This document shows, one piece after another, positions 61,943 through 64,000 of a stretch of 64,000 nt of DNA (its first letter is position 1; each line of letters begins with the position of its first letter). The notes beneath the pieces were generated by a model. That model was not told the origin of the DNA and searched no databases. It saw nothing but the letters and a program-made list of their open reading frames with translations. Both the position numbers and the translations under genes were made by a program. This DNA comes from a virus (taxonomy: Duplodnaviria > Caudoviricetes): positions 1 to 64,000 of IMG/VR virus record IMGVR_UViG_3300005434_000009. One strand, given 5' to 3'.

Positions 61943-62200
61943 TCAGCTCTCCTTGCTGGAGGTCGTCGAGGAGGACTCCTCGTCAGGGATGGGGAAGAGC
62001 AGGCCGTGAGCGAGCAGCTCTTCGACCTCGTCGGAGCCGGGGACACCGGTGAACTTGGGCTTCGCGCCGGGCCACCCGTCGGCTCCGTCGGGGTCGTAGG
62101 AGACGGACACGTCGATCCCGGTCTTCGGGTTGCGTTCCTTGCGGCGGAAGTGGGCCCGTACCGGGTAGTCCCTGGTCTCCGGGTCTTTGGCTGCGGGCAT
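61943..62200 (-). CDS. Hypothetical protein
   Basis: 85 aa with RBS. Confidence 0.6.
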   Translation of the reverse strand: MPAAKDPETRDYPVRAHFRRKERNPKTGIDVSVSYDPDGADGWPGAKPKFTGVPGSDEVEELLAHGLLFPIPDEESSSTTSSKES

Positions 62201-62231
62201 GACAGGGAGACCTCTCCTTGTGCGGGCATGA

Positions 62232-62263
62232 GAAAGGCCCCCGGACCGTGACGGCGGGGGCCT
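62232..62263 (-). terminator. Terminator-like hairpin
   Basis: AGGCCCCCG/CGGGGGCCT stem followed by TTTCTCATGCCC. Confidence 0.6.
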
Positions 62264-62279
62264 GGAGTGCGAGGCGGGA

Positions 62280-62807
62280 TTACACGATGTCGGGGGTGAA
62301 CGTGCTGGCCTGACGGGTGATCGTCAGCGGCTGGTTCGTCGCCGTGGCGGTCGCGGCGGTGCTGATGACCACGGTGGTCGAGTTGGTGACCGACGCGATC
62401 GTGGTGCCGCTGGGGATACCGGGTCCGGCGATGACCGCACCCACATCAGCCGGGGATGCGAACGAAGCTGTGGCACTGGTGACCGTGGTGTTCGAGTTGG
62501 TCGCCCCATCGGCGACGGTGCGACCCAGTGCGGCGGCGGGCACCACAGACCAGGTGCCGTAGTTGTAGCCGATCGCATCACCGGGGTTGACCTCGAGCAC
62601 CTGGCCGGGGGCGATGATGACCTCGGCGACGGTGGAAGCACCTGGTTTGGCCACCACACCCAGGCCGGCCCCACCGTTGGGGAGGACAGCGGCCCAGTCG
62701 GCGGCGAACTGGGCGGCGAAGGATGCCACCGAACCCTGCGAGTAGGTGGTGAACAGGTAGCGGCGGATATCCGCCACCTTCAGGTACTGGATCCGCGTGT
62801 CAGCCAC
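62280..62807 (-). CDS. Putative virion surface/decoration protein
   Basis: C-terminal TVADGAT..TVTSATA.F..DVG..I.G.GIP.GTTI module. Confidence 0.6.
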   Translation of the reverse strand: MADTRIQYLKVADIRRYLFTTYSQGSVASFAAQFAADWAAVLPNGGAGLGVVAKPGASTVAEVIIAPGQVLEVNPGDAIGYNYGTWSVVPAAALGRTVADGATNSNTTVTSATASFASPADVGAVIAGPGIPSGTTIASVTNSTTVVISTAATATATNQPLTITRQASTFTPDIV

Positions 62808-62848
62808 GTCAGAGCTCCTTCAACGTCAATGAGGTGAGTCGGACGGGA

Positions 62849-63283
62849 CTAGTCGGCGCCGATCCGCACACCCAGATCGGCCTCGAGGTAGGTGTTCCGC
62901 TTCTCGCGGGTCAGATCCCAGCCCTTACCGGTGGTGGCGACGACGTTCCGTGGTGCCAGCCGCCACAGGGTGTCGTCGATGTCTTCGGAGTGCAGGGCGC
63001 TGATGACCGGCCCGAACTTGTCGAACATCCCCGCCATGTCCCGGCGGGACTGCTCCTGGTTCTTCACGGTCAGGTAGAACGTCAACCGGAACGACCACAG
63101 CGACGGGGTTTGGAGGTGGTCGACGAAACTGGATTTCTCCGCCTCAACGCACAGCAGCGGAAGCTCAACGATCGGGTCCGGTTTGAACCACTCCACATGC
63201 CAACCCGGCTGCAACGGCTCCAGCACCGGCAGCAACCGTTCGACCAGGGCGTCGGACAGTTCGACGAGGTCGGTCACCACCAA
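62849..63283 (-). CDS. Tail terminator/completion protein
   Basis: Position after connector; LP.LCV..W.F.L..EADL pattern. Confidence 0.55.
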   Translation of the reverse strand: MVVTDLVELSDALVERLLPVLEPLQPGWHVEWFKPDPIVELPLLCVEAEKSSFVDHLQTPSLWSFRLTFYLTVKNQEQSRRDMAGMFDKFGPVISALHSEDIDDTLWRLAPRNVVATTGKGWDLTREKRNTYLEADLGVRIGAD

Positions 63284-63747
63284 CCCCAGCCACGGTTACC
63301 GCACCCGTAACCCAACCCGAAGTCCGACAGCCCGAACATGGTGCCGTCATACCGGTTGATCGGGGCACCCATGTTGTTTCCGGAATCGGTCATCGCCGCC
63401 CCACCGTCGCCGGCGTCCAGTTCGATCTCACCGCACGCAACGGACTTGAGCAGCGCCATCGCCCGCGCATACCGCAACGCCAACGGATCCGATGCCAACA
63501 GTTCCGTTTCCTGATACCAGTTCAACCCGGCCAGGTAGGCGGCGATGTCGATCGTCAACGACTTCACCAACGCCGGATACGGCTCCTCGAACGGCAAGGT
63601 GTACCGGCCGCGTAGGTAGCCGTCGATCTGGGATTGGGCGTTCTCGATGGCCTCATCCAGCTGGTCATCACCCAGGTCGGCGGTGGAGTTGGGGCGGGAG
63701 GGGTCGCGCGCCACCGCCAGCCGGACATCGTTGGCGGTGGCGTACAC
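63274..63747 (-). CDS. Head-tail connector, Mu gp36/DUF1320-like
   Basis: YAT..D..AI..A...IDGYL.GRY.LP..P..L..DIA.Y..RY..A...LK.VA.G...L. Confidence 0.8.
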   Translation of the reverse strand: MYATANDVRLAVARDPSRPNSTADLGDDQLDEAIENAQSQIDGYLRGRYTLPFEEPYPALVKSLTIDIAAYLAGLNWYQETELLASDPLALRYARAMALLKSVACGEIELDAGDGGAAMTDSGNNMGAPINRYDGTMFGLSDFGLGYGCGNRGWGWW

Positions 63748-63753
63748 GACGTC

Positions 63754-64000
63754 CTACTTGCTCGAGGACCGGCGCTGGTTGGGCTTCGCCTGCGCACTCG
63801 CCGGCGAACCCGCCCCGGAACCCTCGTTCGACGCGGATTCCTCGGCTGTGGCCTTGTCGTCCAGGTCGGACTTCGGGTCGCCGTGCAGACGACGCTGCTC
63901 GGCCTCCACCCGGCGGTGGGCTTCGGCGTCGTCGCGCTCGATCTGTTCGAGACGACGCTCCTCAGCTTCCTCGTCGGCCTTCTCCTGCTCCTTGCGGAGC
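63754..64000 (-). CDS. Charged low-complexity protein, C-terminal part (5' end outside window)
   Basis: Open frame LRKEQEKADEEAEERR...RRSSSK*. Confidence 0.5.
   Translation of the reverse strand, partial: LRKEQEKADEEAEERRLEQIERDDAEAHRRVEAEQRRLHGDPKSDLDDKATAEESASNEGSGAGSPASAQAKPNQRRSSSK

Larger units (their letters stand above)
1..64000. mobile_element. Temperate siphovirus genome segment (actinomycete phage or excised prophage)
   Basis: Tail, lysis, integrase, repressor/Cro, replication and terminase-start modules with no host core genes; phage genes continue on both sides of int/attP. Confidence 0.95.

Noticed and set aside
60694-62229. Track ORF of 511 aa spanning major tail and chaperone
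   Set aside because: Only the last 146 codons (ATG 61134, TGATG overlap) are the real chaperone; the rest overlaps the major tail gene in another frame

Overview
The whole 64 kb window is one GC-rich temperate siphovirus of a filamentous actinomycete. It encodes SsgA-like, WhiB and TraB-like proteins and carries an actinobacterial SOS box; no host housekeeping genes are present. Read on the minus strand from 64000 down, the order is: head-tail and tail genes (Mu gp36-like connector, major tail, -1 frameshifted tail chaperone, tape measure, minor tails); a lysis region embedded among the tail genes, including a 1044-aa four-domain enzyme; a plus-strand 8 kb block (DUF6221 x2, DUF2637, TraB/FtsK translocase, Cre-like recombinase) resembling an actinomycete conjugative element; a candidate intact attP and serine integrase; the repressor/Cro switch; about 26 kb of early, replication and accessory genes; a late regulator; and the start of a terminase small subunit at position 97. 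Capsid, portal and large terminase genes lie outside the window. The most unusual items are: (1) a C5-methyltransferase broken at motif I by an HNH cassette flanked by 7-bp direct repeats, whose precise loss would restore the gene, with a second protein encoded in an overlapping frame; (2) a release-factor domain lacking GGQ; (3) a conjugation-type DNA translocase module inside a complete-looking phage; (4) the four-domain lyase/beta-helix/phosphatase/DPBB protein; (5) a separately promoted RHH-ParB-PAPS reductase (IbrAB-like) operon. All family calls come from motif recognition by eye; no database search was run. Many starts were re-called from the ORF track using RBS, leaderless promoters and stop/start overlaps.
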